Of a stretch of DNA of 64,000 nucleotides, positions 10,527 to 20,896 are shown piece by piece. The stretch lies in the NCBI GenBank assembly GCA_965218795.1, contig OZ244653.1:800001-864000 (forward strand), in the 5' to 3' direction. Every line of letters starts with the position of its first letter. The first letter of the stretch is position 1. Made by a program: the position numbers and the translations under genes. The notes under the pieces were generated by a model that worked only from the letters and a program-made list of their open reading frames with translations, searched no databases and was not told the origin of the DNA. The DNA comes from a bacterium (lineage in GTDB: Bacteria; UBA8248; JACPRG01; G963555815).

Positions 10527-10619
10527 GTCGTGACCGGGCGAGCTGTATCTCCTGCGGATACGCCGACTCCCCCTGCGCCATGCGAAGAGCGCCGTCGAGC
10601 AGACAATTTCCGCCTCGCC

Positions 10620-10648
10620 TTGACAGCCTTCAGCCCCCCTCTTATATT
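10620..10648 (+). promoter_or_regulatory. Sigma70-type promoter for miaB
   Basis: TTGACA (10620-10625), 17 bp, TATATT (10643-10648), 54 bp upstream of the miaB ATG. Confidence 0.7.
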
Positions 10649-10702
10649 TGAATTTAGTTCTTCCCAGGCCCTCAATGGGTCTGATTTTCTTGGGATTTCT
10701 CG

Positions 10703-12016
10703 ATGAGCAGAAAATTTTCGATCCTGACATACGGCTGCCAGATGAACGAGAACGATTCCGAATGGATCTCGGGGATCCTGGACCGGCAGGGTTATGAGCG
10801 GGCCGATGACCCCGGCGATGCCGACCTCATCCTCCTCAACACATGCAGCATTCGCGATAAGGCCGAGCAGAAGATGTTCAGCAAACTCGGCCAACTCTCG
10901 ATCCTCAAGGATAAGAAGCCCAACCTGAAAATCGGGGTCTGCGGTTGCGTGGCTCAACGGATAAGCTCGACCATCGTCAGACGCGCGCCCTCGGTGGATC
11001 TCGTATTCGGAACTCAAAATATCGGAAAGCTGCCGGAATTTCTCGACCGAATGGAGGCCCGCGGTTCAAGCGTGGTGGATGTGGAACCGGTTCCTTTCGA
11101 TTGGGACGCCGATACCCCGGTCATCCGTCAATCTACGGTCAAGGCCTACGTGACGGTGTCCGTGGGTTGCAACAAGAATTGCTCCTTCTGCATCGTCCCC
11201 ACCACCCGGGGACGCGAGATCAGCAAACCCAAGGAGGTGATCCTTCAGGAAGTCAGGAATTTGGGGGGCAAAGGATACAAGGAGGTCACGCTGTTGGGGC
11301 AGAACGTGAATTCGTACGGACGAGACCTTGGAAGGCAGTCAACCTTCCCGGATCTGCTGCGAAGCGTAGCCGGCATCGATGGAATCGATCGGGTGCGGTT
11401 CACCACCTCGCATCCCCGGGATCTGTCGCCCGAACTGATGGAGGTGATGGCGTCCGAGTCGAAGGTCTGTGAATACTTCCACTTGCCGCTTCAGTCAGGA
11501 TCAGACCGAATATTAAGAAGGATGTTTAGAGGTTATACTTCAAATGGTTATATTGAACAAGTTGTGAAATTACGTGAGATCGTGAAGGACCTTGCCGTAA
11601 CCACGGATATCATAACCGGATTCCCCGGGGAAACGGAAGAAGATCATAAAGAATCCATGAAAGCGCTTGCGAAAGTTGAATTCGATAATATTTTTCTCTT
11701 TAAGTATTCGATTCGTCCGGGGACGCCTGCGGCCGAATTCAAGGACCAAGTGGCCGAAGAAGTGAAGTCCAGACGGTTCGATGAACTCATGAGTCTTCAG
11801 AAAGGGATCACCGAGAGAAAGAACCAGGCGCTCATGGGTGCGACTCTGGAAGTTTTGGTGGAAGGCCCCAGCCCCAAGAACCTCGGGAAGCTCACAGGGC
11901 GGACGAGAACCAACAAGGTGGTTAACTTTTACGGGCCATACAGACTGGTCGGGCAAACGGTGCCTATCGCCATCGAGCGCTGCGGACTATATAGTCTGGA
12001 AGGGAAGGCGGCTTAA
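10703..12016 (+). CDS. miaB: tRNA i6A37 methylthiotransferase MiaB
   Basis: TYGCQMN, NTCSIR, GCVAQ, radical-SAM CNKNCSFC, LLGQNVNSY, HLPLQSGSD, C-terminal TRAM (GRTRTNKVV). Confidence 0.96.
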   Translation: MSRKFSILTYGCQMNENDSEWISGILDRQGYERADDPGDADLILLNTCSIRDKAEQKMFSKLGQLSILKDKKPNLKIGVCGCVAQRISSTIVRRAPSVDLVFGTQNIGKLPEFLDRMEARGSSVVDVEPVPFDWDADTPVIRQSTVKAYVTVSVGCNKNCSFCIVPTTRGREISKPKEVILQEVRNLGGKGYKEVTLLGQNVNSYGRDLGRQSTFPDLLRSVAGIDGIDRVRFTTSHPRDLSPELMEVMASESKVCEYFHLPLQSGSDRILRRMFRGYTSNGYIEQVVKLREIVKDLAVTTDIITGFPGETEEDHKESMKALAKVEFDNIFLFKYSIRPGTPAAEFKDQVAEEVKSRRFDELMSLQKGITERKNQALMGATLEVLVEGPSPKNLGKLTGRTRTNKVVNFYGPYRLVGQTVPIAIERCGLYSLEGKAA

Positions 12017-12031
12017 GGGCGGGGAGAGTCC

Positions 12032-12553
12032 ATGAGTATGCTAGAGATGAAGGTGAAGGGCCTGACGCTGGATCCCCTCACCAATATGCCGATTGTCATA
12101 CTGAAAGACACCGAAGAGAAGAAGGTCCTGCCCATATGGGTCGGAATCTTCGAGGCCAATGCCATCGCTCTGGAGATGGAGCAGGTCAGCACCCCCCGCC
12201 CGATGACTCACGATCTGATCAAGAATATCATTGAAGGTTTCCAGGCCCAGGTCACCCGTATCGTCGTGAATGACTTGAAGGACAACACCTTCTACGCTGT
12301 GATCACCATCAGCCTGAACGGCACGGAAGTGGCGATCGATTCCCGCCCCTCGGATGCCATTGCGGTGGCGTTGCGTGTCAATGCCCCGATCTTTGTCGCG
12401 GAAAAGGTGATCGAGGAAGCCAAGAGCATCGAGTTCACCGAGCAGCAAGCCGCGGCGGCGGAGAAGGAAGGGGAAACCATGCCCGAGGGGGACGATTGGA
12501 AACAGTGGCTGGAAAACCTGAAACCCGAGGATTTCGGCAAATACGAAATGTAA
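12032..12553 (+). CDS. Bifunctional nuclease family protein (DUF151)
   Basis: [34 protein letters not shown]. Confidence 0.93.
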   Translation: MSMLEMKVKGLTLDPLTNMPIVILKDTEEKKVLPIWVGIFEANAIALEMEQVSTPRPMTHDLIKNIIEGFQAQVTRIVVNDLKDNTFYAVITISLNGTEVAIDSRPSDAIAVALRVNAPIFVAEKVIEEAKSIEFTEQQAAAAEKEGETMPEGDDWKQWLENLKPEDFGKYEM

Positions 12554-12559
12554 GACCCA

Positions 12560-12857
12560 TGAGCCGGGCCTCTCTCCCCAGGTCAGACGCACTTTACCTC
12601 CTGCTTTATACCTTTTTTGCTACCTATCCACCCGATCAGACCCGGTGCCCTCATTTCCGATCTGCGTGGTGTATTCGATAACGGATGAATGGGTGCAGAG
12701 CCTGATTCCCGAGCGCATCTCGCCGGGCGGGGATCCGATCGCGGACGGGACCGGAGCGGCTGCGGGCATCGCTCTTGCGCAGGGGGTATGGCGGAGGCGC
12801 TCTGCCCAATGGGCCGATGAGCGAGCTTTTTCCCCCAAGGGGGATGTGACATACTGA
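12560..12857 (+). pseudogene. VanZ-like membrane protein remnant
   Basis: YSITDEWVQSLIPERISPGGDPIADGTGAAAG resembles the VanZ C-terminal Y..DE..Q...PGR....D..AD..G pattern; N-terminal part missing or out of frame. Confidence 0.5.
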
Positions 12858-12914
12858 ATCTCATCGGGAGCTTCTCCCGCTGAACAGGTTGACTTGATCA
12901 GAAAGGACTGTCGG

Positions 12915-13925
12915 ATGGAGCACGTCACCCGGGTTGTTGGAGAGCTTTCGCTGGTTCACCGGCCGAGGCGACTTCGAGAGACATCCGCGCTCCGGCATAT
13001 GCTTCAGGAAACGCAGCTCAATCCGTCGGATTTCATCTTCCCGATGTTTGTCGTTCCCGGGAGCGGGGTGAAGAGGGAAATTCCACCAATGCCGGGAAAC
13101 TATCATGTTTCTCTGGATTTGCTCGCGGATGAGGCGGCGGAAGTCCTGGATGCGGGCGTTCCCGCCGTCATGCTTTTCGGTATTCCCGAATCAAAGGACG
13201 AAGAAGCCACCGGCGCCTGGGCGGACGACGGGATCGTTCAGCAGGCCACCCGGAGATTGAAAGAATCCCACTCCGATCTGGTCGTCATCACGGATACCTG
13301 TCTCTGTGAATACATGAGTCACGGCCACTGCGGTGTCGTGAATGAGGACGGGCACATCGAAAACGATCTCTCGGTTGAGGTCCTGGCCCGGACCGCAGTG
13401 TCCCAGGCGCAGGCAGGAGCGGACATGGTCGCGCCTTCCGACATGATGGACGGCCGGATCGGGGCCATTCGGAGGGCGCTGGACGGGGCGGGGATGTCCC
13501 GCATCCCTATCATGAGCTATGCTGCGAAATATGCGACGTGTTTTTATGGGCCTTTCCGCGTCGCGGCGGAATCCGCGCCGGCCTTCGGAGACCGGAGGTC
13601 GTACCAGATGGATCCAGCCAACGTCAGGGAAGCCCTGCGGGAGGTCGAGCTGGACGTCACCGAAGGCGCCGACATTCTGATGGTCAAACCCGCCTTGCCG
13701 TACCTGGACGTGATCTACCGCGTCCGCGAGGCCTTCGATGTACCTGTCGCCGCCTACAACGTGAGCGGCGAGTTCGCCATGATCAAGGCGGCGGCGCAGA
13801 ATGGCTGGATAGACGGCGAAGCGGCGATGATGGAGGTTCTGACCTCCATCAAGCGAGCGGGAGCCGGCGTGATCCTGACTTATTTCGCGAAGGATGCCGC
13901 CCGCCTCTTGAACAAGGGACAATGA
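12915..13925 (+). CDS. hemB: Porphobilinogen synthase (delta-aminolevulinate dehydratase)
   Basis: [18 protein letters not shown] zinc site, [27 protein letters not shown]. Confidence 0.97.
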   Translation: MEHVTRVVGELSLVHRPRRLRETSALRHMLQETQLNPSDFIFPMFVVPGSGVKREIPPMPGNYHVSLDLLADEAAEVLDAGVPAVMLFGIPESKDEEATGAWADDGIVQQATRRLKESHSDLVVITDTCLCEYMSHGHCGVVNEDGHIENDLSVEVLARTAVSQAQAGADMVAPSDMMDGRIGAIRRALDGAGMSRIPIMSYAAKYATCFYGPFRVAAESAPAFGDRRSYQMDPANVREALREVELDVTEGADILMVKPALPYLDVIYRVREAFDVPVAAYNVSGEFAMIKAAAQNGWIDGEAAMMEVLTSIKRAGAGVILTYFAKDAARLLNKGQ

Positions 13926-13967
13926 AGTCGGGGTCTGGATGCATCTGGAGCGGAGTGCTGAGAAGAC

Positions 13968-14341
13968 GTGGAAGCTGTCAAGCCTGTCGTGGTGGAACGG
14001 GAATTTGAGGGGCATTCGATCTGCCTGGAGGCTCAGTGGCGGGGCACGGACTTGGCGGTACGAGGCCGAGGCCGAAGGATCCGAAGCGGATGTCCGCAAC
14101 GTCGAGCGTATTGAGCCGGCCGGCGCATCAGGATGAATGGCCTGCCCGGCGGATCGCCGAATCGTTCGCCTCCCGCCTGGAATCGAATGTTGCCGTTCTT
14201 TCCGGGATTCATTTTGACGACTTGAATGATTCTCAGATTCAGGAAGTCAACCGGCTCTGTCAGGTCCTGGCCGATGAGGTCCTTCCGGTTCTGGAAAACC
14301 CGGCAAGTGACAGACCCAGGCCGAAGGACATCCTGGAGTAG
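13968..14341 (+). pseudogene. LpdD/PAC4-like small protein (prenylated-flavin chaperone-like), internally deleted and frameshifted
   Basis: GTG 13968 reads VEAVKPVVVEREFEGHSICLEAQWRGTDLAV. A second frame gives RPRPKDPKRMSATSSVLSRPAHQDEWPARRIAE...VAVLSGIHFDD. The family's GG..PHIGAVA segment is absent at the junction. Confidence 0.5.
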
Positions 14342-14352
14342 CCGAATGGAAG

Positions 14353-15582
14353 GTGGATGACATTTCGGGGTTGGAGGTCCAGACGTTGAAGCGCAAAGAA
14401 ATCGTATTTCTCAGCGGAGCCCGAACACCCATCGGCACCTACGGAAGGACCTTAAAGGATTTCACGGCGACGGAACTCGCGACCGTTGCGGCCAAGGGGG
14501 CGTTGGCGCGGTCGGGAGTCTCTCCGGAAGACATCGACCATGTCGTCTTCGGAAACGTCATGCAGACCAGCCGGGACGCTCCCTATCTGGCCCGTCATGT
14601 GGGTCTCAACGCCGGGGTTCCGGTGGAAACGCCCGCACTGACGGTCAACCGGCTTTGCGCGTCGGGTTTTCAGGCCGTCATCGAGGGCGCTTATCAACTC
14701 CTTCTGGGCGAAGCCGAGTTTGTCCTGGTGGGCGGGGCCGAGTCCATGAGCCAAGCGCCCCACGCCATGTACGGGGCCCGCTGGGGCTTCAACCTGGGTG
14801 AGGGAAACCTGGTGGATACGTTGAACGTGGGGCTGACGGATTTACGCTGCGGTTGCTCGATGGGGCAGACCGCCGAGAACCTGGCCAAGCGTTACCAAAT
14901 CACCCGCGAGGAGACCGACCTGTTCGCTTATGAGAGCCAGCAGCGGACCCGGAAAGCCATGGAGTCCGGGCGGCTGGCGAAGGAGATCGTCCCGGTCATC
15001 GTGAAGGGACGAAAGGGCGAGGAAGTCGCTTTCAATGAGGATGAGCACCCCCGGCCGGACGTCACGGTTGAGAAGTTGTCGAGCCTCCGGCCGGTGTTCG
15101 ATGAGAACGGAATTGTCACGGCCGGAAATTCAAGCGGAATCAACGACGCCGCGGTCGCCATGGTGATGACCACGGCCGATGCCGCCCAAAAGCGGGTACT
15201 CACGCCGCTGGGACGGCTTGTCTCCTGGGGTGTTTCGGGCGTGGAACCGGAGGTCATGGGGATCGGGCCGGTCCCGGCCTCGAAGACCGCATTGGACCGC
15301 GCGGGGATGAAGTTCGGGGATATGGAGATCATCGAAGTCAACGAGGCCTTCGCTGCCCAGTACCTGGCGGTGGAGAAAGACCTCGGTCTCGACCGGTCGA
15401 TCGTCAACGTCAACGGCGGCGCCGTCGCGCTGGGCCATCCGATTGGGGCGACCGGCGCACGATTGACCTACAGCCTGCTGCTGGAGTTGAGCCTGACGGG
15501 CAAGAAGTTCGGATTGGCGACAGCCTGTGTCGGCGGCGGCCAAGGGATGGCCCTCATCCTGGCCGCGGCGAATGGGCAGTAA
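14353..15582 (+). CDS. Acetyl-CoA C-acyltransferase (thiolase)
   Basis: NRLCASG, GGAESMS, EVNEAFA, GHPIGATG, ACVGGGQG. Confidence 0.95.
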   Translation: MDDISGLEVQTLKRKEIVFLSGARTPIGTYGRTLKDFTATELATVAAKGALARSGVSPEDIDHVVFGNVMQTSRDAPYLARHVGLNAGVPVETPALTVNRLCASGFQAVIEGAYQLLLGEAEFVLVGGAESMSQAPHAMYGARWGFNLGEGNLVDTLNVGLTDLRCGCSMGQTAENLAKRYQITREETDLFAYESQQRTRKAMESGRLAKEIVPVIVKGRKGEEVAFNEDEHPRPDVTVEKLSSLRPVFDENGIVTAGNSSGINDAAVAMVMTTADAAQKRVLTPLGRLVSWGVSGVEPEVMGIGPVPASKTALDRAGMKFGDMEIIEVNEAFAAQYLAVEKDLGLDRSIVNVNGGAVALGHPIGATGARLTYSLLLELSLTGKKFGLATACVGGGQGMALILAAANGQ

Positions 15583-15629
15583 GCTTCAAGCTCTCGGCCA
15601 ATCGATACGCTCCCGGCTGAGCCGGACAC

Positions 15630-16010
15630 ATGGATAAAGGTCCGTTTCTCTCTCTTGTTGAAGAGGTCGTCGAGGAAGTTCTTTATCTGCTGGAATCCGA
15701 GTTGGGCGTCCGTCTCGAAAACGTCGGGATCGCTGTCGAGGATGTCCCCTCGGACGAGGTTCTGGAGGCGGTGGGCGTCGGACCGGGAGGAACGCTCTAC
15801 GGCCTGTACCAGGGAATTCCGAGAACGGAGCGGTCCGTTTTTCAGGTGTCGGCGTTTCCTGACCGTATAACGATTTACCGGGTGCCCATTGAATCAGATG
15901 CGAGGGATGCCGCCGATCTCCGGGAGAAGATCCGCCGCACAGTCCTTCACGAGATTGCTCACCATTTCGGAATCAGTGACGACCGGTTGATGGATTTGGA
16001 CGCCTACTGA
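15630..16010 (+). CDS. Minimal zincin-like metallopeptidase family protein
   Basis: LYGLYQG, PDRITIYR, TVLHEIAHHFGISDD (HExxH). Confidence 0.88.
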   Translation: MDKGPFLSLVEEVVEEVLYLLESELGVRLENVGIAVEDVPSDEVLEAVGVGPGGTLYGLYQGIPRTERSVFQVSAFPDRITIYRVPIESDARDAADLREKIRRTVLHEIAHHFGISDDRLMDLDAY

Positions 16011-16043
16011 CCGTTGGCCAGCCACCACAAGCCGCGCGGCTGA

Positions 16044-19000
16044 TCAGGTTCCCGCCGTTTCAGACGATTCAGTCATGCCCGTCGGTTGAGGCGAGAGGCC
16101 GATCATCCTCCGGCCGGCCCGCACGATGTCGTCGACAATCGCGTACAGGCAGGGGATCAGGATCAGCGTCAGGATGGTGGCGAAGCTCAACCCCCAGACG
16201 ATGGCGATCGCCATGGGCGACAGGAACTTGGCCTGGCCTGTGGCGAAGAAGGCCAGGGGGGTCAAACCGCCCACGGTCGTTGCCGTGGTGAGCAGGATCG
16301 GACGCAGGCGCGCGATTCCCGATTCCAGTATCGCCCGGTCTCTCGGGATCCCTCCCTGCCGCGACCGGTTGATGAAATCCACCATGATGAGCGAATCGTT
16401 GACGACCACGCCGATCAGGGCGACCAGCCCGATCACCGAAAGGAAGGCCATTGGCTCACCCATGACAAGGTGTCCGATCACCACACCATCCAGGGCAAAG
16501 GGAATGGCCGCCATGACCACCAGCGGCTGAATGAACGACCGGAACAGGGACCCCAGAACAAAATAAATCAGGAGGATCGCGATGACCGAGATCCGAGGGA
16601 TCGCGGAAAGGGAAGCTTCCGCCTCTTGCCGTTCCCCTTTGACCAGAACGCGGTACCCGGAGAGCCTCCGGCCGACGTCGCCAAAACGGCTCCGAAGGCT
16701 GTTGGACACCTGAACGGCGTTGGCCTCGGCGCTGTTCACATCCGCGTAAACGGTGATGGTCCGCTTTTGGTTGTGGCGGCGCACCTTGCTGGTGCCGATT
16801 GCGGTCGTCAGACGCGCTACGTCCCGGAGAAACACCTGCTCGCCCGACGCCAGCGTGATCTTGAGGTTGTTCAAGGCGTCGGCCTGCTGGCGCGTCTCCT
16901 CGGGGAAACGGACCACGATGGGGACATCTTCATCCCTCCGCTGAATCTTGGAGGCCTCCACACCCTGAAAGCCGTTTCGAACCTGACGCGCGACCTGTCG
17001 CAGATCCAGCCCCAAGGCCCGCGCCTCCGGGCGAAGGGTGATCTGCAACTCCTCTTTTCCCTCGGTGAAATCGTCGCGTACATCCCGGACCCCGCGAGTG
17101 GCGTTCAGGAACTCGATCACCTCATCCGCCAGACCCCGCAGGGTGGATAGCTGTTCCCCCGCAATCCGAACTTCAATATCGGGTCCACCGGGTCCGGATT
17201 GCGTCTTCAGGAACTGGAGTTTCAGGATGCCGGGGATCTTGCCGATGCCTTCCCGAAGCTGCGCGATCACCTCGTCAACGCCCCGCTTGCGGTCTTCCGA
17301 CAGCTCGACAAGCAGCTGGGCCAGGTTGGGACCGCGCTCGATCCGGATGACATCGAGAACGGTGAAGCCGGCGTTGGTAGCGACTGATGCCAATTCGGAC
17401 GGAGGAAGCTTGAACACCACCTCCTCCGCCTGTTTGGCGATCTCCAGTGTGTCCTCGATCCGGTTGGACGGGGAGGTCTCAAGGTTGATGAAAAACAGGG
17501 ACGATTCAAATTCACGGAACACAACGAACGGCATCCGGTAGTAAGCGACGGCCGCCAGCAGGACGCTCACACCCAGGAACGCCGCCCCGGCCACGTATCT
17601 CCACCGCAGGGCCAGATCGAGCAATGCGCCGTACCCCTTCCGCAGCCAGGAGATGAAACGGTTCTCTTTGGACCGGACCCTCGTGGCGTAGGAGGAGGTG
17701 ACGACGTCCCCCAGGTGCGACGGCAGAACAATGAGGGCCTCGAAGAGGGAAGCGATCAACGCAAAAGACACCACCAGAGGAATGGGTGAAAGGAAGGTTC
17801 CCATCTCTCCCGGGACGAGCAGCAAGGGGAGGAAGGCCACGATGGTGGTCACGACCGTTGCGACGACAGGCCAGCCGACCTCGGTGGTTCCCCGGATGGC
17901 CGCCTCCTTGGGACTCATGCCCGCTTCGACGTGCCGGTAGACGTTTTCCGAAACGACGATTGCGTCATCCACCAGCAGACCCAGGACCAGGATCAGACCG
18001 AACATCGAGAGCATGTTCAGGCTGATCCCCCAGATCTGCATGAGGACGATCCCGCCCAGCATGGCGACCGAGATGCCGATCCCCGTCAGGAGGGCCACCC
18101 GGAATCGGAGGAAAATGCACAGCAGGATGAAGACGATGATCAGACCGATAATCCCGCTGGTCCGGAGCGTATTGAGACGGTTTCGGACGAATATGGAGAA
18201 GTCATTGTAGACGCCAATCCGGACGGTTTCCGGAAACCGGGCTCGAATGTCCTTGACCATCTCCCGCACGGCAGCGGCGATATGAATCGCATCCCCCCCA
18301 CGCTCCTTCACGATGACCAGGTTGAGAGAAGGCTCTCCCCCCCAGCGGCTCAGGGTGACGGGTTCTTCGAATGTCTCCCGGACTTCGGCCAGATCTCCAA
18401 CCGTGAGGGGCGTACCCATCTGCAGGCTGCGTACGATGATCCGCCGGACATCGCCGGCGCCCGCCGCCTCGCCGAGACTTCGGATCAGAATCTCTCCCCG
18501 GCCGGTCTTCAGTGAGCCGCCGGGAACGTTCCGGTTCTGAGCGGCAATGGCCTCACGGATGTCGTCCAGGGTGAGCTCGTACTGCTCGAGGCGGGAAGGG
18601 TCCACCTCAACCCAGATCTGCCGCTCTCGATCGCCGAGGAGCCGGACGGCGGCGACCCCGGGGATCCGCCGAAAATCCTCCTTAAGGTCACGGGCCATCC
18701 GCCGAAGCGTCGCCTCGTCGATCTCTCCGGCCAGCGAAACCGTGATGACCGGCCAGGCGTATTTGACTTCCTGGATCAGAGGCTGTTCAGCTTCATCGGG
18801 CAGATTGGTCACATTGTCCAACGCACCGCGGACGTCCGAAAGCGCACGGCTCATATCGGTATCGGGCTGGAAGCGGAGCATCATCTCGGAGATTCCCTCA
18901 TGGGAGACCGAGATAAGCTCATCCAGTCCGCCCAGTTCGGCCACCTCCTCCTCGATCTTGGCCGTGATGAGCTTTTCGACCTCTTCCGGGGACGCCCCGG

Positions 19001-19157
19001 CGTAGAGGGTCTCGACGCGGATCGCCTTCCGGGAGAACTCAGGGAAGATCTCCCGATGCATGGCGCCGTAGGTCAACAGGCCCGCACCCACGACAAACAG
19101 TGTGAGCAGGTTGACGATGACACGGTTCCTGACTGAAAAAGCTGCGAGGGCTTTCAC
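16044..19157 (-). CDS. RND efflux transporter permease (AcrB-like family)
   Basis: About 1040 aa with two large periplasmic loops; GASPEEVE, GLLVDDAIVVSEN, GVVVNDSLI, RLRPILLT. GTG at 19157 chosen as start (just after the adaptor gene). Confidence 0.93.
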   Translation of the reverse strand: MKALAAFSVRNRVIVNLLTLFVVGAGLLTYGAMHREIFPEFSRKAIRVETLYAGASPEEVEKLITAKIEEEVAELGGLDELISVSHEGISEMMLRFQPDTDMSRALSDVRGALDNVTNLPDEAEQPLIQEVKYAWPVITVSLAGEIDEATLRRMARDLKEDFRRIPGVAAVRLLGDRERQIWVEVDPSRLEQYELTLDDIREAIAAQNRNVPGGSLKTGRGEILIRSLGEAAGAGDVRRIIVRSLQMGTPLTVGDLAEVRETFEEPVTLSRWGGEPSLNLVIVKERGGDAIHIAAAVREMVKDIRARFPETVRIGVYNDFSIFVRNRLNTLRTSGIIGLIIVFILLCIFLRFRVALLTGIGISVAMLGGIVLMQIWGISLNMLSMFGLILVLGLLVDDAIVVSENVYRHVEAGMSPKEAAIRGTTEVGWPVVATVVTTIVAFLPLLLVPGEMGTFLSPIPLVVSFALIASLFEALIVLPSHLGDVVTSSYATRVRSKENRFISWLRKGYGALLDLALRWRYVAGAAFLGVSVLLAAVAYYRMPFVVFREFESSLFFINLETSPSNRIEDTLEIAKQAEEVVFKLPPSELASVATNAGFTVLDVIRIERGPNLAQLLVELSEDRKRGVDEVIAQLREGIGKIPGILKLQFLKTQSGPGGPDIEVRIAGEQLSTLRGLADEVIEFLNATRGVRDVRDDFTEGKEELQITLRPEARALGLDLRQVARQVRNGFQGVEASKIQRRDEDVPIVVRFPEETRQQADALNNLKITLASGEQVFLRDVARLTTAIGTSKVRRHNQKRTITVYADVNSAEANAVQVSNSLRSRFGDVGRRLSGYRVLVKGERQEAEASLSAIPRISVIAILLIYFVLGSLFRSFIQPLVVMAAIPFALDGVVIGHLVMGEPMAFLSVIGLVALIGVVVNDSLIMVDFINRSRQGGIPRDRAILESGIARLRPILLTTATTVGGLTPLAFFATGQAKFLSPMAIAIVWGLSFATILTLILIPCLYAIVDDIVRAGRRMIGLSPQPTGMTESSETAGT

Positions 19158-19167
19158 GGAAGCTGCG

Positions 19168-20628
19168 TTACTCTCCGGGAGGCTTGTCTCCGTCCGATCG
19201 GCTTTGAATGACGCGGACTTTTGCACCCTCCTCCAGGAGATGCTGGCCCGACGTGACCAGGCGGTCACCCGCACGGAGGCCTTCCGCAATCAGCAGGCGG
19301 GAGCCGAACGCTCTGGAGATCCGGAGGGTTCTCCTGCGAGCCGTTCCGGACGAGGGGTCGACGACAAATACGAAGGGGTCTTTCCCCCGATGGCGCACGG
19401 CGGCGCGAGGCACCAGGATCGCCGATGGATAGGATTTGAAGGGAACCGTGACACGCGCGAACATCCCCGGGAGCAGACGTTCTACGCCCCGGTTGTCGAC
19501 CAGGACCTCTATTGGGAACGTGCGGGTGCGGGTATCGGCAAGGGGGCCGATGTAAGCCACGCGTCCCTGAAAGGGCTTCTCAAACCCTTCGACCCGAACC
19601 GTGGCGGGCAACCCGGAACGAATCAGCCCGATATCGGCCGCCGGCGCGCGGATCTGAACACGGACGACTTCGTGGTCCACGACACGGAACAGGACCGTAC
19701 CGGGTGAGACCACTTCGCCGACTGTCACCGATTTTTCGGAGATGACCCCTTTGAAGGGGGCCCGGAGCCGGGTGTCGCTGAGCGCTTGGCGCGCCCTGGA
19801 GAGCTCGGCCTCGGCGGCAGAGACGTTCGAGACACTGATGGCCGATTGGCCCTCCGCCTCCTCGAGCGCCTGTTCGGCTCGCTGGAGGTCCTCCTGTGTC
19901 CGGCGGACCAGAAGCTCGGAGCGTTCCATTTCCTGCTCGGGGGTCAGCTTGCTCTTGAACAACCCTTTCAGACGCGACCATTCGGCCCGGGCCAGCCGCA
20001 GTTTTTCCTGATTGATGCTGATGAGCGTTTTTTGACGCTTGGCGACGGCCTCGGCCCGGTTCTGTTCAGCCTTGGCGCGAGCGAGCAAGGCCAGACGATA
20101 GGCGACCTCGATGCGGAAAGGGGCGGGATCGATTTCAGCCAGCAGATCATTCCTTTGAAGGCGGGTCCCCAATTCAATCCCCTCCGGCACGCCCGAAACA
20201 GGACCCGATACCTTGGCGCTCAGGGCGGCCTCCTGAAAGGCCTTCACTGTACCCAGCGCAGGAAGCTGATGGACAAAGGGACGAGGCGTGACATGAACGG
20301 TCGTAACGGGAACGGCGGAGGGGACGGGGACAGGGGCGGGCGGTTCTTCAATGGCCTGAATCCAATAAATCCCTGCCAGCGTCACCGCTATGATGACGAG
20401 AACCATGAAAATGCTCAGGGTCCATCTCGCCGAATTCCTCCGGGACCGTTGCATGCGTGGACCCTTACCATCGCCGGATTGGGTGAGAATTTCTCCAATC
20501 GTTTCCGAATCAGTGGGTGGCGAAATTTCAGCATCCCCCAAGGCGCCCGGGCCAGCCCCTCCGTTGACCTCGGTCCCTGGCCGGGCGCGGGAGATTTCAA
20601 GCTCTTGACGTCTGGGGTCTTCTGCCAT
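19168..20628 (-). CDS. RND efflux periplasmic adaptor (membrane fusion protein)
   Basis: N-terminal TM helix, lipoyl-like SAKVSG / LRAPFKGVI, coiled hairpin, TRTFPIEV, LLPGMFA. Confidence 0.9.
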   Translation of the reverse strand: MAEDPRRQELEISRARPGTEVNGGAGPGALGDAEISPPTDSETIGEILTQSGDGKGPRMQRSRRNSARWTLSIFMVLVIIAVTLAGIYWIQAIEEPPAPVPVPSAVPVTTVHVTPRPFVHQLPALGTVKAFQEAALSAKVSGPVSGVPEGIELGTRLQRNDLLAEIDPAPFRIEVAYRLALLARAKAEQNRAEAVAKRQKTLISINQEKLRLARAEWSRLKGLFKSKLTPEQEMERSELLVRRTQEDLQRAEQALEEAEGQSAISVSNVSAAEAELSRARQALSDTRLRAPFKGVISEKSVTVGEVVSPGTVLFRVVDHEVVRVQIRAPAADIGLIRSGLPATVRVEGFEKPFQGRVAYIGPLADTRTRTFPIEVLVDNRGVERLLPGMFARVTVPFKSYPSAILVPRAAVRHRGKDPFVFVVDPSSGTARRRTLRISRAFGSRLLIAEGLRAGDRLVTSGQHLLEEGAKVRVIQSRSDGDKPPGE

Positions 20629-20896
20629 GTTCCATAACTATCGCCGATTTGAGCGAATCATGGATTGACAAGATTCCGTGTCTACGCCGCCTCAAGACGG
20701 AAAACGCCCTCTTCTGAAAAGTAGTCCGAATCGGTAGGCGCCGCAAGGCGAACGTGGAGATGGACAGTCAAGGTTCTCGTCTATGGTAGGATGATCCAAC
20801 AAGCCGTTTCCAATTGAGTCGAGAGACCGCTGGCACAGCACACCTCGCCATCACGGCGGTCCCGGTTTTGTTTGATCTCGAATTCACGGGTTTTCC

